From Ktedonobacterales bacterium (GTDB lineage Bacteria; Chloroflexota; Ktedonobacteria; Ktedonobacterales; JADMIN01): 32,000 bases of DNA. Positions 19,304-27,973 of this stretch are shown piece by piece. Positions within the stretch are counted from its first letter, which is position 1, and each line of letters starts with the position of its first letter. Location of the stretch: positions 2,520,001 through 2,552,000 of the forward strand of contig CP126532.1 in the NCBI GenBank assembly GCA_030167145.1. Direction: 5' to 3'. The notes below the pieces were generated by a model. That model was not told the origin of the DNA, did not search any database, and worked only from the letters and a program-made list of their open reading frames with translations. The translations under genes were made by a program, and so were the position numbers.

Positions 19304-19366
19304 GCGGAAGTAGCGTAGCGGTCTGACCTTTTCTGCTCTGTACCCTGTAGGTTCGCCAAAACAGCA

Positions 19367-19399
19367 CAGCCCTCTGCCAGCAACCACGGCAGAGGGCTG
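19367..19399. terminator. Strong hairpin between convergent genes (possible bidirectional terminator)
   Basis: CAGCCCTCTGCC (19367-19378) and GGCAGAGGGCTG (19388-19399) form a perfect 12-bp stem with a 9-nt loop. It lies between the + gene ending at 19303 and the - gene ending at 19426. No clear U-tract is present. Confidence 0.45.
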
Positions 19400-19425
19400 C
19401 GAAGTCGGTACACGCAATTTGGAAT

Positions 19426-22400
19426 CTATGGCGTCGTCTGGCTTGTCTCATGGCGCACGCGCAGACTGAGCCAGGTCGCGCCGCCCATGAGCAGCAGCGC
19501 CAGCCCGCCAATGACCAGCGGCACGGGAATGCCGGAATTCACCGCCAGCGCCGCGCCCCGCAACGCCGCGACACCCACGAATGCTGAGCCGATCAGCACC
19601 AGCAGGCGCGAGCGCGTGCCGACACCCACCGCCGCCAGCGCCAGCGCCTCGAATGCCAGGATCAGCGCGTAGAGCCAGTTGGGATCGCTCTGGAACGACT
19701 GGCCCAGGGTCGGCAGCAACAACAGCGCCGCTCCGAGCAGTGAGAACCAGCGCCCCGCATGCGCCAGACGGCCGAGCCGAGTATCGCCGGGCATCAGCGC
19801 GCCGATCAGTATCTGATAGCTGCCCGGCACGAGGACATACGCCTGTACGTTGTCCGCGCCGAGCCAGCGCGCCGCCCATGTAATCGCCAGCGCCAGCAGT
19901 TCACCCGCCACGTACAGCCCCACCCACAGCCCTGGCTGGAGCTTGAATAGCGCGAAGACGCCCGCCAGCGCAAAGAGGCCCGCCAGCGAGAGCAGCGCCA
20001 GCACAGCCGCTAGCGTCGGCGCGGTATGTGGCGCGAAGGCGTATGGCGCAAGCAGCGCGGCAACACACGTGCCCGCACCTGCCACCAATCCCGCCCAAAA
20101 GTGGATTTGCGCACCCAGCCAGCGCGGCTCGCGCCAGCGGTCCGCGTACAGTCGTTGTGGATCGAACAATGTCCACCAGGCGGCGCTGCGCGGATGCAGG
20201 CCTGGAAGCCTCTGCCAGAGCTGCGCACCCAGATAATAGATCCAGCTCAGCGCGGCATAGGCCAGCACGCCCATCCATTCGCTCCAGCCAAGCGCGCTGA
20301 TGCCAGCGGTGAGCGCGAGCAGGCCGAGCAGCAGCGCCAGCGGCAGCGCATCGGCGCGCGATTCCAGTGCGGCGATCAGATAGGCCGCGACGGCAAGCGC
20401 CAGCAGCGCCAGCGCCTCGAAGCCCGGCTCAGGCGTGCCCAGCAGCGCAGTGAGGCCAGCGGCGAGCGCGGCAGCAGCATACGCGGGCCACGACCAGCGC
20501 GGACCACCCACGCGACCAAGCACAAAGCCCACCACCGCGAGCGCCAGCGCCAGCGGCAGCAGCGCGTGCGCATCGTGCTGCACCAGCGCCGCCGCGCCCG
20601 CGTAGAGTAGCGGCGCGACGCCCGCCAGGGGTTCGGCCTCCAATACGGCGATGCCATAGGCGACGGCAGCGAAGACCAGCAGCAGCGCCTCGATTACACC
20701 AGCGCTGGCGTGCGGCACGCGCAGCACCGAGAAGAGGGTGGCCTGCGCGGCGACGGCGTAGAACACCAGCGCCCACGCGCGACCGATGCGCAGGCGCACC
20801 ACCACGCCAAGGGCCGCCGCACCGAAGACGAAGACGAGCGTCGGCACGAGATTATCGGAGCCAGGCAGCAGCGCCGTCGCACCAGTGGCGTAGACGAACG
20901 CGAAGGCGCTAGTCCAAGGTATCCGCTCCTGCGCCGCGAGTAGATACGCAATGACCGCAAAGGCCAATAATTCGGCCATCTGCCAGTTCTGCGCGTTGGT
21001 TTGCAGTTGCGAGAGCGTGGCGACCGTGTGCCACGACGCGAGCGCCGCCGCCGCGAAGAGCGCGACATTCCACCAGCGGCCACGCCACCACCGCAGCGCC
21101 GCGCCCGTGGGGATGGGCACGAGCACGAGTGCGAACGCGGCGACAGGCTGGTCGGTGCGCAGAGCGGCAATCAGCAGGAACAACGCGGGCGCGACCAGCA
21201 CGGCGGGATGCGCCTCCCAGAGCGCCACCAGCACGCCGAGCGCCGCCACCGCGAGCACAGGCCACGCGACAAGCGGGATGCCCAACAATGACCACGTCTC
21301 ATGCGTGAAGCTGAAATGGGTGAACGTGTAACTGCCCAGCAGTGCGGTCCAGAGCGCGATGGCGTAGGCTCCCAGCGCCCAGGTGCGCCCCAAGAGCCAA
21401 CGGATAGCCAGCGCGGCCAGCGCCGCGACCACCATCGTGACGCTGATCGCAATGCTGTCCTTGTCGTAGTAGAGATGCGGCTGATAGGCGTAGGGCACGA
21501 CGGCGAGCATGCCGAAGAAAGCTGTGACGAGGTTGCCAGCCAGCGGCTGACGCAGCCGCCAGCCAGCGACCAGTGCCGCCAGGGTGAAGGCAGCGAGGAT
21601 CACCGTCGCATTCGCATAGGGCAGATTCTGCAGGAACCGCAGCGTATAGAGTGCGTTGCCCAGCGCGACGATGTAGACGGGCAGCGCGTACACGCGCAGG
21701 CGTGCATTGCTGCCAAGCGCCAGCGCGGCGACCCAGAGCAGCAGGGTGAAAGCGGCGACGCTGGTTGAGACGATTACCAATGCTTTCGCTAGCGACTCTG
21801 GGGTGAGCGGCGCGGCGGACGACGCCAGAATAGCGAAGAGGATGGCGTAGAAGTCCAGCGAGAGCAGCACGCCGGTGGTCAGCGAGAACCATGGCGCGCG
21901 TTCAAGCGCGGTGATGCCAGCGGCAACCAGCACGCCCGCGCTGAGCGCCACGATGAGCGGTACGTTCGGCGCGGCGTCGCGCCAGACGATCCACGCGCCA
22001 ATGATGGCGAGCAGCAGCGCAAGCGATTCGATGGCGTAGCGCGCACCGGAGCGCAGCGGTGAGCGCCAGCGAAACACCGCCGCCGCCGCGCATTCGGCTA
22101 GCCCCAGCCCGCCAAGCAGCATGGCGACCTGTCCAGTATCCGCGTTCATCCACGCCGCGACGGCCACCGCCGCCTGCGGCGCCAGCGCCGCAACCGCGAC
22201 ATCGAGCGCGTCCAGCAGCGCTGGACCAGCGAATGCGAGGGGACGGCGGCGCGGAACGAGGCTCCAGGCGAGACCCAGCGGAACCAGCGCGACAGCGGAT
22301 GCGGCCACGGCGGCTATCGGCGGCAAACTGGCATATTGCGCCACAGCGGGATTGGTGGTGAGCAGGAGCAGCTCGCAGAAGAGCGTGCCCAACAGCGCCA

Positions 22401-23394
22401 CCACGGATGCCAGCGTGGCGATGTGCAACGCGGGATCAACGAAGAGCGCAGGCATGCGCGCGGTACGCGCGAGCGTCGGTACGAGCAGGAGCAGCGCGGC
22501 GATAGCCAGGGCGAATAGCTGCCACGTGCCATTGGCCGAGGTCCAGGGAACGATGGCGAGCGCGGCGATCACCAGCGCTGTCCAGCCAAGATAGGCATAG
22601 GTGGCAAAGGCGGTGCGCCACGCGAGAATCAGATAGATCGCGGCGCCATATGCGGCTGAGACGCAGAGCATGCCCGCGACCGGAAAACCCAGGCCGCGCA
22701 GCGTGAAGAGGTACGCGGCCAGCGCGACCAGCGGCGTCATCAGCGCGAACACGCCCAGATACGCCCGTCCCACGGTGCGGAGCCGCTCGGAGTTGCGCAG
22801 CACGAATCCCAACACGCCGAACGCGAGGTAGACCGCACAGATCACGGCGAGCTTGATGGTGTCGTTGAACACCTGCCACGCGCCAACCTCGAAGCTGAGC
22901 GTCGCCACGAGCAAGAGAAAGCCGCCCAGGTACGCCATGATGGCGATGGCCTGCTCGGCCAGAAACGCGCGCCACGAGAAGACTGGCCCCGGCGGCGCTG
23001 ACGGTGCGGCTGGCGCGACGGGCGGCGCGGATACCGGCGGCGCGGCTGATGTCACCGGTGGAATGCCTGAGGCCGCCAGCGCACCCGCCCATGCTGCCGC
23101 AACTGGCGCTGGAGCAGGAGACGGGGTAGGAGACGGAGTAGGCGATGGGGTGGTGGTCTTCGGCGCGCTGCGCTGCGCGAGATAGCGCGTGGTGTAGTCG
23201 GCGCGCAACTCGCGCACCACACGGTCGCCATCGCCAGCGGCGATCACCTCGTCGAGTGCGCGAATGCGGTGGTAGAGCATGGTCAGTTCGGCGACCAGAG
23301 CCGGATCAACCGCCTCGCCACAGGTCGCGCAATAGCGCTGGCCCGGCGCGGCACGCGCGCCACAGCGGCTACAGATGAGTGCATTCGACGCCAT
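19426..23394 (-). CDS. Giant polytopic membrane protein with an N-terminal zinc ribbon (1322 aa)
   Basis: AGAGGAG lies 6 nt upstream of the ATG. The N-terminus CSRCGARAAPGQRYCATCG is a CxxC..CxxC zinc ribbon. A helical segment follows, then a Pro/Thr/Ser linker (TTTPSPTPSPTPSPAPAP). The remaining ~1150 aa are almost continuous Ala/Leu-rich hydrophobic helices. Confidence 0.85.
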   Translation of the reverse strand: MASNALICSRCGARAAPGQRYCATCGEAVDPALVAELTMLYHRIRALDEVIAAGDGDRVVRELRADYTTRYLAQRSAPKTTTPSPTPSPTPSPAPAPVAAAWAGALAASGIPPVTSAAPPVSAPPVAPAAPSAPPGPVFSWRAFLAEQAIAIMAYLGGFLLLVATLSFEVGAWQVFNDTIKLAVICAVYLAFGVLGFVLRNSERLRTVGRAYLGVFALMTPLVALAAYLFTLRGLGFPVAGMLCVSAAYGAAIYLILAWRTAFATYAYLGWTALVIAALAIVPWTSANGTWQLFALAIAALLLLVPTLARTARMPALFVDPALHIATLASVVALLGTLFCELLLLTTNPAVAQYASLPPIAAVAASAVALVPLGLAWSLVPRRRPLAFAGPALLDALDVAVAALAPQAAVAVAAWMNADTGQVAMLLGGLGLAECAAAAVFRWRSPLRSGARYAIESLALLLAIIGAWIVWRDAAPNVPLIVALSAGVLVAAGITALERAPWFSLTTGVLLSLDFYAILFAILASSAAPLTPESLAKALVIVSTSVAAFTLLLWVAALALGSNARLRVYALPVYIVALGNALYTLRFLQNLPYANATVILAAFTLAALVAGWRLRQPLAGNLVTAFFGMLAVVPYAYQPHLYYDKDSIAISVTMVVAALAALAIRWLLGRTWALGAYAIALWTALLGSYTFTHFSFTHETWSLLGIPLVAWPVLAVAALGVLVALWEAHPAVLVAPALFLLIAALRTDQPVAAFALVLVPIPTGAALRWWRGRWWNVALFAAAALASWHTVATLSQLQTNAQNWQMAELLAFAVIAYLLAAQERIPWTSAFAFVYATGATALLPGSDNLVPTLVFVFGAAALGVVVRLRIGRAWALVFYAVAAQATLFSVLRVPHASAGVIEALLLVFAAVAYGIAVLEAEPLAGVAPLLYAGAAALVQHDAHALLPLALALAVVGFVLGRVGGPRWSWPAYAAAALAAGLTALLGTPEPGFEALALLALAVAAYLIAALESRADALPLALLLGLLALTAGISALGWSEWMGVLAYAALSWIYYLGAQLWQRLPGLHPRSAAWWTLFDPQRLYADRWREPRWLGAQIHFWAGLVAGAGTCVAALLAPYAFAPHTAPTLAAVLALLSLAGLFALAGVFALFKLQPGLWVGLYVAGELLALAITWAARWLGADNVQAYVLVPGSYQILIGALMPGDTRLGRLAHAGRWFSLLGAALLLLPTLGQSFQSDPNWLYALILAFEALALAAVGVGTRSRLLVLIGSAFVGVAALRGAALAVNSGIPVPLVIGGLALLLMGGATWLSLRVRHETSQTTP

Positions 23395-23753
23395 AGTTCG
23401 CTCCTCTACCCAATGATTGCTGGTGTGCGCCGCGCTGGCTGCTGCTACCTATCCGGCGCTAACGTCTCACGGCTGAGTATAGTCGCGAAGCCAGCGGCAA
23501 GAAATGCGTAAAGTCGCGCAGACGACTCCCACCCTAGTCTGTCCGACAGCGCCGCCGATCACCACGCACTATCCATACTCTCCACCCGCACACATCCTCA
23601 CCGAGGATACACACCTTTTCCCGCCCGCTCGTTACAGTTGAGGACATCCTTGCGATCCCGAAATCAGCCAGCGCACGAGCAAAGGAGAGCACGCCCATGG
23701 ACGACATGAAGGGATCAGCAGGCAAGAAAAAACGGACCAGCGCTGAATGATGG

Positions 23754-24818
23754 TCAGGATTGGGTTCCTTCCAACTTCGGCTTCGTGGCGATTTGCAGGC
23801 CCGCGCCGGGGCCAGTGAGCAGCCGCAGCGGACGACGCGGGCGCAGGCCAGCGGCGCGCTGCCACGCTGCCATCTCCGCGAACGACCACGTGCCGCTCTC
23901 GCTGGTGATGGCGAAGTAGAGGTCGGTGAGCGCGCCAAGTTGCCCGCCATCGCCGGGTACACGCGGGCGAATCACCTCGCCGATCACCAGCAGGCCGCCG
24001 GGACGTAGCGCATCCGCCGCCCGCTGGACGAGCGCGCGATTGGTGGCGTCATCGAAGTGGTGTACCAGATTCGCGATCAACACCAGATCGTAGGCGTCGC
24101 GTCCCAGGTCTGCGGTGAGCGCGTCGCCCGCGCGGTGGGCCACCCGCTCGCCCATACCCTCGCGGGCCAGCAGCGGCGCGGACGCAGCCACCGCTTCGGG
24201 CAGATCGAGAATGGTCGCGCGCAACTGTGGATGGCGGCGGCAGAGCGCGACGGAGTAGTAGCCATGCGCGCCTCCGATGTCGAGCATGTCGGTCGCGTTG
24301 CGGGGTACGAAGACGCGCCGCGCCACCTCAGCGGCGGCGAGATTCGCGCCCGCGCGCATGCCACGCTGATAGAGATCCCACTGTTCAGTGGTCAGGCCCG
24401 CGTGCATATCCACTGGAACGCCGGTACGCACGTAGTCTTCGCAGTGCTCGACGAATTCGGCATCCAGCAGTTGCAGCAATACCGCGTCGTAGAGTGAACC
24501 AGGCGCGTCCTTGAGCAGCCACTTGCGCGCGACCGACGCCAGCCGGTAGCGACCTTCGGCGAAGCGCAGATAGCCCGCGCCGGTGAGCGCGTTGAGCAGC
24601 TTTTCGGTGGCGCGCGGGTCGGTGGCGCAGCGCGCGGCGACCTCAGCGACGGGTAGCGGTCCGCCCGCCAGCGCGTCGAAGATTCCCAGCTTCGCGCCGG
24701 TGAGGACGCTCCGCGCCAGCAGCAGCGCAATCAGGGTATCCAGAATTGGCGTGGGCACGAAGCCACCGGCAAGCGCCGCTAGCTCCAGTGGGTTCTGCGG
24801 AATAGCGCCGAGCTTCAT
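23754..24818 (-). CDS. Class I SAM-dependent O-methyltransferase (family 2-like)
   Basis: The start is the ATG at 24818 (MKLGAIPQNP..) with GAGGGAG upstream. The SAM motif is MLDIGGAHGYYSVALCRRHPQLRATILDLPEAV. The N-terminus has a dimerisation/winged-helix-like region. Confidence 0.85.
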   Translation of the reverse strand: MKLGAIPQNPLELAALAGGFVPTPILDTLIALLLARSVLTGAKLGIFDALAGGPLPVAEVAARCATDPRATEKLLNALTGAGYLRFAEGRYRLASVARKWLLKDAPGSLYDAVLLQLLDAEFVEHCEDYVRTGVPVDMHAGLTTEQWDLYQRGMRAGANLAAAEVARRVFVPRNATDMLDIGGAHGYYSVALCRRHPQLRATILDLPEAVAASAPLLAREGMGERVAHRAGDALTADLGRDAYDLVLIANLVHHFDDATNRALVQRAADALRPGGLLVIGEVIRPRVPGDGGQLGALTDLYFAITSESGTWSFAEMAAWQRAAGLRPRRPLRLLTGPGAGLQIATKPKLEGTQS

Positions 24819-24851
24819 ACGCTCCCTCGCGGCTACGCGCCATACGCCCAA

Positions 24852-24867
24852 TGTTTCACGTGAAACA
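24852..24867. other. parS centromere-like ParB-binding site (perfect palindrome TGTTTCACGTGAAACA)
   Basis: This is a second exact copy of the 16-mer. It lies between the amidohydrolase stop (24891) and the methyltransferase start (24818). Confidence 0.85.
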
Positions 24868-24890
24868 CTGGCGCTGTCTGCGGCACCGTG

Positions 24891-26357
24891 CTATACCGTC
24901 GCGGCGACACGTCGCTTCGCGGTGGCGGCGGCAGTGGCCAGTTCGCCACAGACGCACGCGCCGCCCTTCATCACCAGCGCCAGCCGTGCCGCATCGGACA
25001 GCAGGTGAATATCGGCCAGCGGATCGCCATCCACCACGAGCAGATCGGCCAGCATTCCTGGCGCGAGCGCGCCAAGGCGGTCATCCAGCCGCAGCAATTC
25101 CGCCGCCGTGTGGGTGCTGGCGGTGATGGCTTGCAGTGGCGTCATGCCGCCGTGCTCCACCATCAGCGCCAGCTCGCGGGCATTGCCGCCGTGCGGGCCA
25201 ACGCCGGAGTCGGTGCCCATCGCCACCTTCACGCCCGCCGCTACCGCCCGGCGGAAGCTCTCGCGGTGGGTCGCCATCACCTGCTTCGACTTCTCCACCG
25301 CGTAGGCTGGCAACAAGCCCGGACGCGCCTCGGCCAGATCAATCACATCCGCTGGCGCGACCAACGTCGGCACCAGATAGACATTCCGGTCGAGCATCAT
25401 CTGAATCGCCTCGTCGTCGAGGTAGATGCCGTGTTCGATGCTGGCAATGCCCGCTTCGAGAGCGTTCTTGATGCCGCGATTGCTCTGCGCGTGCGCCATG
25501 CAACGTTTGCCTTGCGCGGCGGCTTCGTAGACGGCGACGGCGATCTCGTCTACGGTGAACTGCGCGGATTCGGGCGAATCGGCGGGCGAGAGCACCCCGC
25601 CGCTGGTGCAGAGCTTGATCCAGTCCGCGCCCGCGCGCAGGATCTCGCGCGCTTTTTTGCGCATCTCATCCAGGCCATCCACCACTCCAAGCGGTATGTC
25701 AGACGGCAAATTGTCGCCCAGGTCTATGCAGCATGGCATCATATGGTCGCCGTGGCCGCCGGTCTGCGAGAGAAACGAGACCGCGACGAGCATCCGTGGC
25801 CCAGGAAACATGCCGCGATCAATCGCGGCCTTGACGGCAGCGGGTGTGCCACCAGCGTCGCGCACAGTGGTGATGCCGGCCTCCAGCGTGGCGCGGGCGT
25901 TGGGGACGGCGTAGAGCGTGGAAAGTGAAGGCGGCGTCATCAGGCCGCGCAGCAGATCGTAGCCCCACTGGCCGCGCAGGTGGACATGGCAGTCTATCAG
26001 ACCGGGCAGCAATGTTTTGCCGTCGGCCTCGATCACCGTCGCGCCCGCTGGCACACGCACATCACGGCGGCGTCCGGCGGCGGTGATGCGCTCGCCCTCA
26101 ATCACCAGCGCCGCATCATCCACCGGATCAGCGCCCGTGCCGTCTATCAGCCGCGCGCCCAGGATGACGACTGGCCCATCGAACGGCGTTCCACCGCCAG
26201 CCATGCCGCTGTATGTCCGCAACTGGCGGCTCACGAAGCCATCGGACACAGATGCGGCCACGTGCCCATTCTCGGCGATGCGCTCGGCTTTCGGCGCTTT
26301 CTTCTCACGTTTCTCGGCTTTGTCGGGCTTCTCCTGCTTGTCGCGTTTGCTCGCCAT
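24891..26357 (-). CDS. Metal-dependent amidohydrolase family protein
   Basis: The HxH metal motif is LLPGLIDCHVHL. The sequences ..VAMGTDSGVGPHG.. and ..ADLLVVDGDPLADI.. are present. The start is the ATG at 26357, with AGAGAGG 9 nt upstream, or the GTG at 26366. The N-terminal extension is Lys/Glu-rich. Confidence 0.88.
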   Translation of the reverse strand: MASKRDKQEKPDKAEKREKKAPKAERIAENGHVAASVSDGFVSRQLRTYSGMAGGGTPFDGPVVILGARLIDGTGADPVDDAALVIEGERITAAGRRRDVRVPAGATVIEADGKTLLPGLIDCHVHLRGQWGYDLLRGLMTPPSLSTLYAVPNARATLEAGITTVRDAGGTPAAVKAAIDRGMFPGPRMLVAVSFLSQTGGHGDHMMPCCIDLGDNLPSDIPLGVVDGLDEMRKKAREILRAGADWIKLCTSGGVLSPADSPESAQFTVDEIAVAVYEAAAQGKRCMAHAQSNRGIKNALEAGIASIEHGIYLDDEAIQMMLDRNVYLVPTLVAPADVIDLAEARPGLLPAYAVEKSKQVMATHRESFRRAVAAGVKVAMGTDSGVGPHGGNARELALMVEHGGMTPLQAITASTHTAAELLRLDDRLGALAPGMLADLLVVDGDPLADIHLLSDAARLALVMKGGACVCGELATAAATAKRRVAATV

Positions 26358-26626
26358 CGTCGTCACCCTCTCTTCGTCGCTTCATCGCTCGTGTGGCACG
26401 CTTCGCCAGGGCTTCTGAAAGATCGCAGGCCGTGCTTATGTCTGATGACGAACAGTATACCCGTTTGGCGACAGAACTGCCGGAAACCCATGGCTGCGAT
26501 GCGCCAGCGACTGCGGAGCGATGACGCCGAATCTTCTCATCTAAAATCGCGGCGCGGAGACCCCTGCGTTCAGGCATGGCGAGGAAGCGCCGCTCTCCTT
26601 TCGCCCTGCCTATCTGGCAGTTTTAC

Positions 26627-27850
26627 ACGCTAGGTGCTCTACTGTGAACATGAGACAAAAACGCGCCTATCGCTATCGCTGCTATCCGACACCAGCACAA
26701 GCCGCAGTGCTGGCGCGGACCTTTGGGTGCGCGCGTTTCGTCTACAACTGGGCGCTGCGGTTGCGCACCGATGCCTACTATCAGCGTCAAGAGCGCGTCA
26801 GCTATGCCGACACCTCCGCTGCGCTCACGACGCTCAAGCAGCAGCCTGCTACCGTGTGGCTGAACGCGGTGTCCAGTGTGCCCACCCAGCAGGCGCTGCG
26901 CCATTTCGACCGTGCCTTCCGCAATTTCTATGAGGGCCGCGCCCAGTACCCCAGCTTCCACACGAAACACGGCCCGCAAGCAGCGGAATACACGACCTCC
27001 GCGTTCCGCTGGGATGCCCAGGCACGCACCCTGACGCTGGCCAAGATGCACACGCCGCTGCATATCCATTGGTCGCGCCCCTTGCCGGAGGGCGCGCACC
27101 CGACGACGGTGACGGTGAGCCGCGATACCGCTGGGCGCTACTTCGTGAGCCTCCTAGTGGAAGCGAACATCACCCCGTTGCCCACGGCCATAGGGCAAGT
27201 GGGCATAGACCTGGGCCTGCATGATGTGGTGGTGCTCAATAGCGGCGAGAAGGTAGGCAATCCCCGCTTCTTTACCCAGGATGAGCAGCGATTGGCCAAG
27301 GCCCAACGCCGCCACACCAAGAAGCAGAAAGGCTCCAAGAACCGCGAAAAAGCGCGTCTGAAAGTCGCCCGCATCCACGCCCGCATTGCTGACCGGCGCC
27401 GGGACTTCCTGCACAAACTTTCCACCCGCATGATTCGTGAGAACCAAACGATCTGCGTCGAGAGTCTGCGGGTGAAAGCGCTGGTGCGGCATCCCACCCT
27501 GGCCAAGGCGATCAGTGATGTGGGCTGGGGCGAGTTCGTGCGCCAGGTGGAGTACAAGGCCGCATGGTACGGGCGAACCCTGGTCAGAATTGACCAGTGG
27601 TATCCCAGTTCCAAGCGGTGCCATGTGTGCGGGCATGTGCTGGACGACCTGTCGTTGGATACTCGTCAGTGGGTGTGCCCGGAATGTAGGACCATCCATG
27701 ATCGCGACGTAAACGCCGCGCAGAATATTTTGGCCGCTGGGCTAGCGGTGTCAGCCTGTGGAGAAGCTGTAAGACCGGGACGGGTTCGCCCAACCCCGGC
27801 AGGCTTCCGTGAAGCAGGAATCCCCCGCCTTTAGACGTGGGGAGTGTCAA
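26627..27850 (+). mobile_element. IS200/IS605-family (IS1341-like) TnpB-only element; ends tentative
   Basis: It contains only tnpB; no tnpA is present in the window. The tentative ends come from a TTAC at 26623-26626 just outside the left side and a GTCAA at 27846-27850 after the terminal hairpin. These resemble IS608-type TTAC/TCAA cleavage motifs. Both are short motifs that could occur by chance. Confidence 0.4.
26650..27834 (+). CDS. tnpB: TnpB RNA-guided endonuclease (IS200/IS605 OrfB)
   Basis: The N-terminus MRQKRAYRYRCYPTPAQAAVLARTFGCARFVYNWAL is the OrfB helix-turn-helix. The RuvC triad context is intact (VGIDLGL, ICVESL, HDRDVNAAQNI). The zinc finger is CHVCGH...CPECRT. The track ORF begins at the GTG at 26644. 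Confidence 0.93.
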   Translation: MRQKRAYRYRCYPTPAQAAVLARTFGCARFVYNWALRLRTDAYYQRQERVSYADTSAALTTLKQQPATVWLNAVSSVPTQQALRHFDRAFRNFYEGRAQYPSFHTKHGPQAAEYTTSAFRWDAQARTLTLAKMHTPLHIHWSRPLPEGAHPTTVTVSRDTAGRYFVSLLVEANITPLPTAIGQVGIDLGLHDVVVLNSGEKVGNPRFFTQDEQRLAKAQRRHTKKQKGSKNREKARLKVARIHARIADRRRDFLHKLSTRMIRENQTICVESLRVKALVRHPTLAKAISDVGWGEFVRQVEYKAAWYGRTLVRIDQWYPSSKRCHVCGHVLDDLSLDTRQWVCPECRTIHDRDVNAAQNILAAGLAVSACGEAVRPGRVRPTPAGFREAGIPRL

Positions 27851-27870
27851 CAGCGGTCAATCGTCTTCCA
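27700..27870 (+). ncRNA. Candidate omega-RNA (reRNA) of TnpB: scaffold overlapping the tnpB 3' end plus a putative guide
   Basis: In characterised TnpB systems the guide RNA is encoded by the tnpB 3' end and the right end of the IS. Three consecutive hairpins are visible here. They are 27775-27799 (GGGTT/AACCC core), 27803-27815 (GCTTC cgt GAAGC) and 27823-27842 (CCCCGC/GTGGGG, with the TAG stop in the loop). GAGTGTCAA follows. The extent and the 5' end are guesses. Confidence 0.35.
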
Positions 27871-27973
27871 ATCGGTTTCTCATCCTTCGCCTGTATCCTC
27901 TGCGCACCGGCTCTTTTTTTCGCCCGCCCCGTGAGGTCGCGGCTCCCGTTGAGCCAGCAGTGAGCGAGGTTTC

